Below, piece after piece: positions 34,920 to 44,360 of a stretch of DNA of 64,000 bases (its first letter is position 1; every line of letters starts with the position of its first letter). This DNA is from Candidatus Bathyarchaeales archaeon (lineage in GTDB: Archaea > Thermoproteota > Bathyarchaeia > Bathyarchaeales > Bathycorpusculaceae): positions 6,847-70,846 of the forward strand of contig JBNAWC010000002.1 in the NCBI GenBank assembly GCA_049700035.1, read 5' to 3'. The notes under the pieces were generated by a model. The model was not told the origin of the DNA, ran no database searches, and was given only the letters and a program-made list of their open reading frames with translations. A program made the translations under genes and the position numbers.

Positions 34920-36143
34920 CTACGCTACAACCTCCGCCCTATTCTTACAAATAAGCAAAACAGCAGCTGCTGTCGGCAACTCAACCCTCTGATTTTTGTA
35001 TGGACCAAACGTTTCCTCGCCAATCCTAAACTTTGGCGCGTCATAAACTTTTACGTCAACAAAGCCCCCTTTAAAGGCTACCGCCATCTTAAATGGGTCA
35101 AAATCGTCAATAGCTGAAACTGGAAACTCCACCTTCTTAAAGCCAGTCTTACTATTCAAAGTGTCAGCCAACCTGATAAGCCGATGCGTGTCCGTCGTTA
35201 CAACGGTGTCTATGCTAGCAGATTTTAACTTCGCAACATGCCGAATTATCTTCGCCCGTGTTTGAGGGCCTATGCCCTTCACATAACCAAAAGTACCTTT
35301 TCTTTGGAGATTTTTTAGAATAACGTCTCTATTGCGCATGATTACGCTAATGAAGCGATTTTCAATGCCCATGTCCAGAAAGTCTTTCTCTTTAGCATTT
35401 GCAATAAAGTTTTCTATGCCAACTGCCAAGCGTTTAGGCCAACCAAAGTCATGCATAACCCTCTTTTGAGAAAATTCCTCTGTTAATAATATGTTGCTTT
35501 CAACGTTCAGACCCAATGCACAAACATAATCCACTATTTCCTTCCGCTCCATTGCGTCAAGCGTCTTAACGGCATCACTCTCAACATGTACATGGTAGCC
35601 CCTATGACCAGAAAAAAACGTGTGAATTTCATTTCCTGAAAAACCGAAATCCCGCGTTAACATTTCTAAAAGCTTTATTGTTTCCGCCTTCGCAGAACCC
35701 AAACATTCCTCACATGGCCAAGTGTTCACATCAAACTTTTCGCTGCTACATACGGGACATTTTTCTGGAGCAACTCCCTTCCCAGTGAAACCACAGTTGC
35801 CGCATTTCCACTCATCATGAACCTTATCGCACGACGTTGGTATATGGTCAGCATCTATGTCAAAAATTAAATCTGCGCCAAGCCAACCTTTCATATCCAT
35901 ATCAGCCCAGGGGTTCTCATAATAGGCACATGAAAAGTACGCGTCTGCATAAATTTCCCTCTTCAAAAATGATTCTAAACTTTCCTTTGTCTTGAAGCTA
36001 ATATGCCTTAACATAGTCTTCCCGTCAAAAGTTAAAAAACCAAACTCCCTTTGATCAATAATTGCGGGTGCATGAATTGCCGTGTAATTTTTCCTATAAT
36101 ACTCTCCAAATTTTCTTTTAATAAACTCGTGGGAAGCATTCAT
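34920..36143 (-). CDS. priS: DNA primase small (catalytic) subunit PriS
   Basis: Catalytic LIFDIDADH, SGHRGYHVHV, and zinc knuckle CGNCGF...CPVCS. Confidence 0.92.
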   Translation of the reverse strand: MNASHEFIKRKFGEYYRKNYTAIHAPAIIDQREFGFLTFDGKTMLRHISFKTKESLESFLKREIYADAYFSCAYYENPWADMDMKGWLGADLIFDIDADHIPTSCDKVHDEWKCGNCGFTGKGVAPEKCPVCSSEKFDVNTWPCEECLGSAKAETIKLLEMLTRDFGFSGNEIHTFFSGHRGYHVHVESDAVKTLDAMERKEIVDYVCALGLNVESNILLTEEFSQKRVMHDFGWPKRLAVGIENFIANAKEKDFLDMGIENRFISVIMRNRDVILKNLQRKGTFGYVKGIGPQTRAKIIRHVAKLKSASIDTVVTTDTHRLIRLADTLNSKTGFKKVEFPVSAIDDFDPFKMAVAFKGGFVDVKVYDAPKFRIGEETFGPYKNQRVELPTAAAVLLICKNRAEVVA

Positions 36144-36277
36144 TTTTATAAACGCCGCCTAAATACTTATTATCCTAAACAAAATAAACGTTAAGCCCCT
36201 TTTAATGAAAAAGAATGCACTTTAGTTAATCCCTAAATGTTTTTAAGCCATCAGTTATTAAGTCACGACGGAGAAAG

Positions 36278-37366
36278 ATGTCCATGCGTTGGGCTTGGAG
36301 AGGGTGGATTAATAGCTTCAACGAGAAAAAGGCGAAAATTATTGCTATAATTCCAAATTTTCTGCCGTTCATAAGTTTCTTAATTCCTATGATGATTCTA
36401 TATTGCTTTGAACCTCTTTCATTCGAAAAAACTTGGAAGGGAAGGACTTATTATATGTTCTTCTTGTGGCTGTTTATTTTTGAAACAATACTTGCCTATG
36501 GTGAATTACGCGCAACTAAAAAATTAAACGGGATAAAATCGCCGAGAACCATTGCATTTGCTATTTTTCTTTTAATTCCCACGATTTATGTGATTACAGC
36601 TAACTTCTACGGATTAAATAGCATGATACGAACTTATGCAAGCCAAAACCTAAAAATGGCTGATTATTTTGCGGGCAATATGCCGATCTGCATCGAGTAC
36701 CTAATTTTTGCTTCTCTTTTCATTGTCATCGCATTTTTACAGTACGGAAAAAAAGGTCTAAAGTTCTATTCAATCGCTATTTTTTTGTTAACAGCCGTTG
36801 GGACAATTTATATGATAGATAATTTTTATCCAGAAGGATCTTTCACGCCATTCCAGATAATTGTACCAACGACAGTGACGCTTGCTGCAATTGTTTTAAA
36901 TGTTTTGGGATACAACGCACAAATATTACCCCCTTATAAAAATGCTCCAGTACTGCGAGTTAGTGATTCGCAGGGAAACTATTCTGTTTTTGCAGTCGCT
37001 TGGCCGTGTTCTGGTGTTGATAGCCTTCTGCTTTATACTGCGACAATTCTCTTGTTTCTAAAGAGAAGTTCTATTACAACCCTACGTAAGACAATTTATT
37101 TTCTGATAGGTGCTGTTATAACTTACTTTATAAACATTTTAAGGATAGCCACGATATTTATAATTTCGCTTAACGGTGGTGATTGGAGAATTTTCCATGA
37201 CCTATATGGTTCATTGTATTCGATAACATGGATTATCGTTTACCCAATTCTAATAGTTGGAATGGAGTCATTGTTTTCTAAAATTAAAAAGCGACGGTTG
37301 ATGCATAAAGAAAATTCGGGTAATCCTGAGGTTAATTACGGAAATGGGACGCTACCTTTTAAGTAA
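36278..37366 (+). CDS. archaeosortase/exosortase family transpeptidase
   Basis: Polytopic membrane protein with the family Cys-Arg-His triad context: AWPCSGVDSLLLY, YFINILRIATIF, and RIFHDLYGS. Confidence 0.72.
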   Translation: MSMRWAWRGWINSFNEKKAKIIAIIPNFLPFISFLIPMMILYCFEPLSFEKTWKGRTYYMFFLWLFIFETILAYGELRATKKLNGIKSPRTIAFAIFLLIPTIYVITANFYGLNSMIRTYASQNLKMADYFAGNMPICIEYLIFASLFIVIAFLQYGKKGLKFYSIAIFLLTAVGTIYMIDNFYPEGSFTPFQIIVPTTVTLAAIVLNVLGYNAQILPPYKNAPVLRVSDSQGNYSVFAVAWPCSGVDSLLLYTATILLFLKRSSITTLRKTIYFLIGAVITYFINILRIATIFIISLNGGDWRIFHDLYGSLYSITWIIVYPILIVGMESLFSKIKKRRLMHKENSGNPEVNYGNGTLPFK

Positions 37367-37413
37367 TTAGTATTTACAAGGTGAGCCAAATAATTTTATT
37401 CTTTAATCAGATT

Positions 37414-39921
37414 TCACGATGTTAAAGTTATCTTGATGTCGTCGACGTAGGCGACATTTTGGACGCCGTCTAAGTCATAGTTTACCATTTCTAAGATGAA
37501 TGCGCTTGGAAACGTTGAGTTATACCATTGGTACCACAATGCGCTTAAGCTTATGTTTCCGCTAAACTCGAAAAAGCCTTCTCTTCCGGCTAATGAGATA
37601 GAATGGTTGTAATTTTCATACACTCCGTTTGGGGTTGTTATTACTATAGACTGGTTACGAAAAACATTAGAGATTATAAATGCAAAGGTATCTTTGCCGT
37701 TGAAACCTTCAGTGGCGTTTAGATAGAAGGAAAAGGAAACCTTCGAATTATTTTGCACGAAAATCTCTCTCATAACAGAGTATACGTACTTTATTTCAGA
37801 GATAGAATAGAAAGCTTGAGCGGTTATTTTTAAAGCTTCGCTCTCTGGCTTCGAGATATTAGATATTGCAGCATTTCCAACACCGTTGCCATATACGTAT
37901 ACTTGCCATCCGAGTTCATTCCAACGTTCATGCGCAAAGTTGTCGAAGAAGGCGATATTTGTAGTAGAGTAGTTAAACTCAAACAAATACGCTCTGCCAA
38001 AATTTTTAACAAGCCTAAAATTTGGATTTCCAAGAAAGAGTAAAGGGTTCCATTTTCGTTGCTCGAACCACCAGTAAGCAGCATTTTCTCCTACAAATAC
38101 GTGAGTTACGCCCAATTTCTGCATATATTCGTATGCTGTTTGGTTTAAAACGTTGTTAAGTGTCATTTCTACTAAATTTTGGTAAGAACTACTAAATCTT
38201 GTTGCTGTGTAGGGGAAAACTATTTTTCTGTTGGAAACTACTGGGATAAATGAACCCGATTCGTAAGGACTTATGAGAATTACAGCGTTGGATGGAGTGT
38301 TTTCCTTTATCCAAACCATTAGTTTGTAATCATTGTCAGTAGTGATGGAAAACATCTGATAGGTGCCAAGCAAAACTTGCGGGTCTCTAAAAAGTCTGTA
38401 GTAAAAAAAAGGAATGTTTAAAAGCAAAAGAATCAGCCAAACTATTAAAATGCTCCGCGAAAAGCTTTTTCCTAAAAAGGCATAAATTCGTTTAGATGTG
38501 ATGTTATTAAATGCCTTTTTTAGCTTTACGTATAAAAGTGCAAGCAGAATATTTATTGAAATTATAATGAGTATGCCTTGATGACTCCAAGATATTACTT
38601 CTAAATCACTTGGAAGCAAATAAGAGAAAAAGGAAAGCAAAGCACAAGAAAAGGAAAGCGTTAAAGAAAAGCCAATAATAGCTTTTACACCAACATAGCC
38701 TTTTGTTTTCCATAATAAGAAAACGAGACCAACAAGCATAGATAGCATCAGACATCGGAGCATAAAATAAGGCGATAAATTTTCGAAAGCCCACTCTAAA
38801 GCTTGAGCGGCGGTGAAAGGTAATCTCGTTACCTGATAGCCCTGAAAATCTTCTGGAAGACCAATATTATGCCCTGGGTATGGATAAAAGGCAAAAAACC
38901 TATAGAAAATCGGGCTTAAAACAATAACTGCACTAGCAGTGATAAGTAAAAACTCGCGTAATTTACGATGTCTAAGAGTCTTTCTGCGAATAAGCCAATA
39001 GACAAAAATGATGAAAGCCATTAATGTTAAAGTTTGTATATAAGAAACTATAAGAGAACCGTTATAGCCAAAAAGCAAGCCGACAACCACAAGTTCGCCC
39101 AAACTATTTTTTTCCATGCTCGCAAGGCGAAAAAGCAATCCTAAGTTAACCAAAAACAATGGGAACCCCATAATGAAGGGGTTACTTCCCCAAACTATAT
39201 ACAATGGCCAACTTGAAACGAACGTAAAAACGAAACAAAGAGACAATGCAAACTCTCTCCCAGAATCAATTTCCTTTCCAAGGAAGTATGCTCCAAAAAC
39301 TGAAAATGCCTTAAACAAGAGCGTTACATAAAACACGGAACTAGGAACAGACAAATTCAGGATTTGAACGGCATAAGCGAAGAGTACATGAGACGCGGCG
39401 GGATAGATTATTCCTTCAGGTAAGTAGGGTTGCAATGTTAAAGGGATCTGCCCATTTTCTAGAATAACTTGAACCTTCAGGGCATGTGTGGATTCATCAA
39501 ACATAGGACCAAAAGTTAGCTCTGACAATGAACCTATATTAAATAGTAACAGAAAAAGGAACATGCTAAAAACCAGTGCGTAGTCTATGACTTTTGTGTT
39601 ACTTCTCGAAAATGCAGATTTGATAACGTTAAGATTTAGATTTTGACGGAGAAATCCAAAGTGTACAAACAAAGAAAGGAATAAACAGAACAATGTAAGC
39701 CCAAGAACAATGATATAACTGAAAAGATGGAAAGGCAGAGTGGCCAAAAGATAAATAACCATGCCACCAAGATACACGTCAAGAGTAAAAACTTGTATAA
39801 AATCTGCACTAGAAAATGTTCTGAGACGCTTAATAAGGAAGAATCGTATAGGCTCACCCAATACCGCGAAAAGAAACAATAAAAGAAGCATTTGAAACGT
39901 TGGCAGTAGCATTAACATCAA
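37414..39921 (-). CDS. large polytopic membrane protein with C-terminal extracytoplasmic beta-rich domain; possible GT-C-fold glycosyltransferase
   Basis: About 540 aa of repeated hydrophobic helices, then about 290 aa that are soluble and sequon-rich. Neighbours are glycosyltransferases. No STT3 WWDYG motif. Function is inferred from context only. Confidence 0.4.
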   Translation of the reverse strand: MMLMLLPTFQMLLLLFLFAVLGEPIRFFLIKRLRTFSSADFIQVFTLDVYLGGMVIYLLATLPFHLFSYIIVLGLTLFCLFLSLFVHFGFLRQNLNLNVIKSAFSRSNTKVIDYALVFSMFLFLLLFNIGSLSELTFGPMFDESTHALKVQVILENGQIPLTLQPYLPEGIIYPAASHVLFAYAVQILNLSVPSSVFYVTLLFKAFSVFGAYFLGKEIDSGREFALSLCFVFTFVSSWPLYIVWGSNPFIMGFPLFLVNLGLLFRLASMEKNSLGELVVVGLLFGYNGSLIVSYIQTLTLMAFIIFVYWLIRRKTLRHRKLREFLLITASAVIVLSPIFYRFFAFYPYPGHNIGLPEDFQGYQVTRLPFTAAQALEWAFENLSPYFMLRCLMLSMLVGLVFLLWKTKGYVGVKAIIGFSLTLSFSCALLSFFSYLLPSDLEVISWSHQGILIIISINILLALLYVKLKKAFNNITSKRIYAFLGKSFSRSILIVWLILLLLNIPFFYYRLFRDPQVLLGTYQMFSITTDNDYKLMVWIKENTPSNAVILISPYESGSFIPVVSNRKIVFPYTATRFSSSYQNLVEMTLNNVLNQTAYEYMQKLGVTHVFVGENAAYWWFEQRKWNPLLFLGNPNFRLVKNFGRAYLFEFNYSTTNIAFFDNFAHERWNELGWQVYVYGNGVGNAAISNISKPESEALKITAQAFYSISEIKYVYSVMREIFVQNNSKVSFSFYLNATEGFNGKDTFAFIISNVFRNQSIVITTPNGVYENYNHSISLAGREGFFEFSGNISLSALWYQWYNSTFPSAFILEMVNYDLDGVQNVAYVDDIKITLTS

Positions 39922-40021
39922 CCTCGCAGCTTACATTTTGGAACGTTCTTAAAATTCGTCGCCTTACACATAAAAACTTTTATCACAAGCAAAATCTATA
40001 AAGAAGCAAGGTCTATCAAAA

Positions 40022-41281
40022 ATGGCGAGATTAAAAGTAACGACTTTTGTTGAATATTTCCCGCCAAGGATGGGGAGCGACAGAAGGATATTCGAATTCA
40101 TGAAGAGACTAGCATCTAAACATGAAATCCATTTTATAGTTTTTCCACCAGTTAGAGCGTTAATAAACAAATCAAGCACAATAACAAAAGAGGCAAATCC
40201 TAAACATGAAAATATTTCAACAACACATGATGGAATCGTAGGGCACTATATAGAGATACCGAGCCTTCTAAAATTCTTATGGAAAAAATCCATTTTAATA
40301 GCATACGCCATAACAGCATCTATCTTACTTATTAAAACCATAAAAAAACTCGAAACAACAAAACCTGATATCATCGTGCTAAACTACCCAAGCCCGTATA
40401 CCGGTTTATTAGGATTTATTGCAGGAAAACTTTGGAGAAAACCGATACTGTTGGATTTTAATGACCTCATAGCCCAATATACAATAAACTTGCTCAACAT
40501 AAAAAAAGATAATTTAAAGGCTAAAGTGCTAGTTTACATACAGAATTACATTGCAAAAAAATCCGAAATGGTAGTTGTACCAACATCCTTCATTAAAAAA
40601 TACGTCATCTCTAATGGGACTCCAACAGCCAAAGTTATACTGATTCCAAATGGTGCAGACCCAGAAATTTTTAATCCACAAAAATATGCTAAAAAAAGAG
40701 TGACTAAAATAGAAAAAGTGTGCGCTTATTGTGGGCGATTAGACTCGTGGGCAGGAGTAAATATAATAGCGAAACTCTGTGACGCTGCCAATGATAGAAA
40801 GGTAAACGTAAAGTTCATTATAATTGGTGGTGGGGAGGGAAATATACCGCAGAAAGAAAACGTTATCTTATATGGAGAAATCCCCCACGAAGAAGTCCCA
40901 AGTGTGCTCACAACCGCTGATATAATACTTGTCCCGTTTCCAAATAACGAAATTTCTCACGCAGCAAGCCCAATAAAACTTTTTGAGGCAATGTCCATGC
41001 AAAAACCTGTAATCGCAAGCAGAGTTAGTGGAATAGAAGAGGTGATTTCAGACGGAGAAAACGGTTTTCTAGCTAGTCCAGAAAACATTGAAGAATGGAT
41101 TACAAAAATTGAGCAAATATTGCGATCAGAAGAAAACGCAATGCGTGTAGGACAAAATGCAAGACAAATAGTCCAAAAAAAATTTAACTGGAATTATCTT
41201 GCAATACAATTTGAAAAAGCATTAATTACAACACTCATTCAACATGATAGGCATAATGATGTGAAAACCTTATGTGGATAA
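40022..41281 (+). CDS. glycosyltransferase family 4 (GT-B, 'Glycos_transf_1')
   Basis: FPPRMGSDRRIFE N-terminal domain. C-terminal SPIKLFEAMSMQKPVIASRVSGIEEVISDGENGFL, the E-x7-E region. Confidence 0.8.
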   Translation: MARLKVTTFVEYFPPRMGSDRRIFEFMKRLASKHEIHFIVFPPVRALINKSSTITKEANPKHENISTTHDGIVGHYIEIPSLLKFLWKKSILIAYAITASILLIKTIKKLETTKPDIIVLNYPSPYTGLLGFIAGKLWRKPILLDFNDLIAQYTINLLNIKKDNLKAKVLVYIQNYIAKKSEMVVVPTSFIKKYVISNGTPTAKVILIPNGADPEIFNPQKYAKKRVTKIEKVCAYCGRLDSWAGVNIIAKLCDAANDRKVNVKFIIIGGGEGNIPQKENVILYGEIPHEEVPSVLTTADIILVPFPNNEISHAASPIKLFEAMSMQKPVIASRVSGIEEVISDGENGFLASPENIEEWITKIEQILRSEENAMRVGQNARQIVQKKFNWNYLAIQFEKALITTLIQHDRHNDVKTLCG

Positions 41282-42417
41282 CTCAAGTGACCCCACGGTT
41301 TCCACCAGCAATAGGAGGAGTTGAAGAACATGTTTACCGAATTTCCATTGAACTCGCAAGAAGGGGACATAGGGTAACAGTCATAACTTCAAACGAAGTT
41401 GACCACACATTACATTTTAAAGGAAAAGAAAGTATAGACGGGATAGAAGTCCATCGGCATCCATTGTTTATGCCAAAAGCATTTAGAGAATACTGGCTTA
41501 TCCCCGGCATATTAAAGGATTTAGCGTATTTCAAATCTGATGTTGTCCACGTTCATGGTTATAGATGCCTAAGCTCTTATACGGCTATACTTCTATCCCA
41601 CTTTGAAGGGACACCCATCGTGTTTACTCCACATGGAATATATCCTCCACGCTCGCACATAAACGCACTCTTGAAAAATGTTTTTGATTGCACTTTCGGA
41701 CGCCTTATGCTGAACTTTTCCGATAGGGTAATAGCCCTAACAGAGCACAATAAACAATTACTTCTACAAATCGGTGCGCCAGAAGAGAAAATAAACATTG
41801 TCCCAAATGGCATAACTCTAGAAGAATTCACGAAACAAAAAATGGCTACTTTTAATTCTTTAAAAGTTAGTGGTCCGATTTTATTGTATACTGGAAGAAT
41901 TGATTGGAATAAACGCGTAGATAAAATAATTGAAGCCATGCCGCTTGTACTCAAAAGGTTTCCTTCAGCGAAACTTGTTATTGCTGGACCAGATTACGCA
42001 AATTATGCTAACGCCCTAAGAGAACTTGGAGAAAAACTTAAAGTAAAACACGCCATCCAAATTACTGGAAGTGTTACAAGGGAAGAACTTTTAGATTTGT
42101 ATTCGATGGCTGACGTGTTCATCATGCCGTCCTCATATGAAGGCTTTGGTTTAAGCATACTTGAAGCGATGGGAAGCAAAATACCTGTTATCGCGTCATC
42201 AATCGGAGGCCCAAGCGACATACTAACTCATGGAGTTAATGCATTACTGTTAAAGGAAGCAAGTGCTAGCGAAATTTTTGAAGCAGTTAACTCGGTGTTA
42301 ACTGATGAAAAATTGCGAGAGACAATCATTAAAAATGCATTTGAACTCGTCAAGAATAAGTTTACATGGAAGAATGTTGTTGACACATTAGAACGAATAT
42401 ATAGACAATTAGCATAA
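41272..42417 (+). CDS. glycosyltransferase family 4 (GT-B)
   Basis: FPPAIGGVEEHVYRISIELARRGHRVTVIT and SYEGFGLSILEAMGSKIPVIASSIGGPSDIL. Overlaps the upstream GT4 by 10 nt. Confidence 0.85.
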   Translation: MWITQVTPRFPPAIGGVEEHVYRISIELARRGHRVTVITSNEVDHTLHFKGKESIDGIEVHRHPLFMPKAFREYWLIPGILKDLAYFKSDVVHVHGYRCLSSYTAILLSHFEGTPIVFTPHGIYPPRSHINALLKNVFDCTFGRLMLNFSDRVIALTEHNKQLLLQIGAPEEKINIVPNGITLEEFTKQKMATFNSLKVSGPILLYTGRIDWNKRVDKIIEAMPLVLKRFPSAKLVIAGPDYANYANALRELGEKLKVKHAIQITGSVTREELLDLYSMADVFIMPSSYEGFGLSILEAMGSKIPVIASSIGGPSDILTHGVNALLLKEASASEIFEAVNSVLTDEKLRETIIKNAFELVKNKFTWKNVVDTLERIYRQLA

Positions 42418-42431
42418 AATAAGCTGAAAAA

Positions 42432-43232
42432 TCAACCTATTTCATGCACTCTCTTGTAACGAAGGAGCATTGATTTAGTTATGTAAGATAGGAAAGCTGT
42501 AATTTCGCTTAATGTCAATTTGGATTTTCCCTTTTTCCTGTTGACAAATTCTATTGGAACTTCTCTTATTCTGTAACCCCGCAACCATGTTTGCCTCACA
42601 GTTTCAATTTGTATTTCATATGTTTGACTGTGCAAATCTCCAAGTATATTTCTAACAAGCCTCGCTGAATAACAGCGCATACCACTAGTGTAGTCGCGAA
42701 CAGAAGCACCTATAACAAAAGAAGCAAAGAGATTTGCTAATTTACTTATAGCAAGACGCATGGCACTCCAATCTCTGATTCTTCCTCCAAGACTATACCT
42801 GCTTCCTATAACTAGATCATTTCCCATTCTTGCAAAATCTATTAGGCGTGACACGTCTCTTGGATTGTGAGAGTAATCTGCGTCCATGGTCACGATGTGT
42901 TTCGGAGCATCAGGTAGCGATAAAAATATCCGAAAACCATCAGTTATGGCTGTCCCGAGTCCTAACTTCTGCGGTCTCACGTATAAAAGAATGTTACTGT
43001 ATTTCTTCTGGAGGTTTCTAACGATTTCGGCTGTTCCGTCTGGGCTTGAATCGTCTATGACTAGTATTGCGAGGTTAAGGTTTAAACTTTCAATTTCTTC
43101 GATTAAGTTTTTAATGTTAGAGGCTTCACAGTAGGTTGGGAGGATGACACCCACTTCAGAAACTATGCTCAAGTCTCCTTCAACATTCCTCATTAAATTT
43201 ATGTTGACCGGCAAGCACTCAACAACATTCAT
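42432..43232 (-). CDS. GT2 polyprenol/dolichol-phosphate glycosyltransferase (Dpm1-like)
   Basis: VILPTYCEASNI, VIDDSSPDGT, GLGTAITDGF, and MDADYSHNP. Confidence 0.8.
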   Translation of the reverse strand: MNVVECLPVNINLMRNVEGDLSIVSEVGVILPTYCEASNIKNLIEEIESLNLNLAILVIDDSSPDGTAEIVRNLQKKYSNILLYVRPQKLGLGTAITDGFRIFLSLPDAPKHIVTMDADYSHNPRDVSRLIDFARMGNDLVIGSRYSLGGRIRDWSAMRLAISKLANLFASFVIGASVRDYTSGMRCYSARLVRNILGDLHSQTYEIQIETVRQTWLRGYRIREVPIEFVNRKKGKSKLTLSEITAFLSYITKSMLLRYKRVHEIG

Positions 43233-43312
43233 CGCAGCTTATCACCAGAATAGTCTTCATTTAAAATCGTACTTCGTATATAAATCTATCACAAAATAGG
43301 CGTTTGCGCGCC

Positions 43313-44359
43313 CTACCGAACCCGCAATTTCCTCTTGTAATAGCCTAGCGGATGGCGAATCATCTTGCAAAGTTCATCGGGGTTCACGCATACTCCATGT
43401 GTTTGCAGTATTTCACACTTTGGCGGAATGTAGCGTGTCCTTGAACCTCTTTCACCAGCGATGTGTTCAACTTGGTAGTGGGTCATTCTTTCGTTGAAGT
43501 CGGAGAAGTTTCTGAATAGGTCTATGACGGTTTCGGTTGGCATGCCGATGTTTATTAGGAATGCGGTCAAGGTGAACCTTCCAACATGTGATAAGTGTCG
43601 TCCCGCTGTTACTGATTCGTAGAGGAATTTTATGCACGGCGGGAAGGCTTCATTAACGACTGTTTTTGGTAGGCCTTCAATTTCGGCTTCGCCTACTTTG
43701 TCTATTAATAATTTTCTTATTTTTTCAGCTATTTCAACAATTTCCACTGGAAACCTTAGTTTGTCCTTTACTTCTAGGCGTTTTTCAATGTATTTGCGAA
43801 CTTCTTCACTTAACAGCCTCGCTGTTTCGCCTCTAGTTATGAAGACGTTTCCTTTGGATAGTAGGCGGTTTACAAGTTTCCATTTCTTGTCCCGCAGGTG
43901 CGTGGTGTTTCTTAAATAGTCGGCGAAGTTTAGAGCGAATTCGTATGGGGCGAAGGCAGCGTTGTCTACTGTGGCGATTTTCCATCCGAAGTTTTGTGCG
44001 ATAGCCAAGAGCTTTTCTTTGGGTTCAAGTTTGAAGTCGTTAAAAGCCTTTTTTGCTTCTGCAAGAGCATATCTTTTATTGATGAAGGAGTTTTCTGTTG
44101 CGATTGCCAAAATTATGGATGTTGGGAAGGATAGAATTTCAATATCCTCGTTTCGCGGGTTTCCGCTTACAAGCACGTATAATATGGCTTCTTCAATCCT
44201 TTCTTGTGCACGTTTGAGAACAGCGTTAAATTGAGGGTCAACTAAGTCTTCAACTTTAAAATCCAGTTCTTTCACGTATTCTGTTGCTTCCTTTAGGAAG
44301 GGATATTTTGCCAAATCACTTTTTGTAAATTTTGCTGCATATTGCATTTGTTTGTTCAC
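43313..44359 (-). CDS. priL: DNA primase large subunit PriL
   Basis: Fe-S domain FPPCIKFL...PPKCEILQTHGVCVNPDELC and HLSHVGRFTLTAFLINIG. GTG 44359 or ATG 44347. Confidence 0.9.
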   Translation of the reverse strand: MNKQMQYAAKFTKSDLAKYPFLKEATEYVKELDFKVEDLVDPQFNAVLKRAQERIEEAILYVLVSGNPRNEDIEILSFPTSIILAIATENSFINKRYALAEAKKAFNDFKLEPKEKLLAIAQNFGWKIATVDNAAFAPYEFALNFADYLRNTTHLRDKKWKLVNRLLSKGNVFITRGETARLLSEEVRKYIEKRLEVKDKLRFPVEIVEIAEKIRKLLIDKVGEAEIEGLPKTVVNEAFPPCIKFLYESVTAGRHLSHVGRFTLTAFLINIGMPTETVIDLFRNFSDFNERMTHYQVEHIAGERGSRTRYIPPKCEILQTHGVCVNPDELCKMIRHPLGYYKRKLRVR

Positions 44360-44360
44360 G

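Noticed and set aside
37414-39921. Calling the 835-aa membrane protein the oligosaccharyltransferase AglB/STT3
   Set aside because: No WWDYG motif and no DK/MI-type motif could be found by eye. Only a generic GT-C-like shape is supportable.
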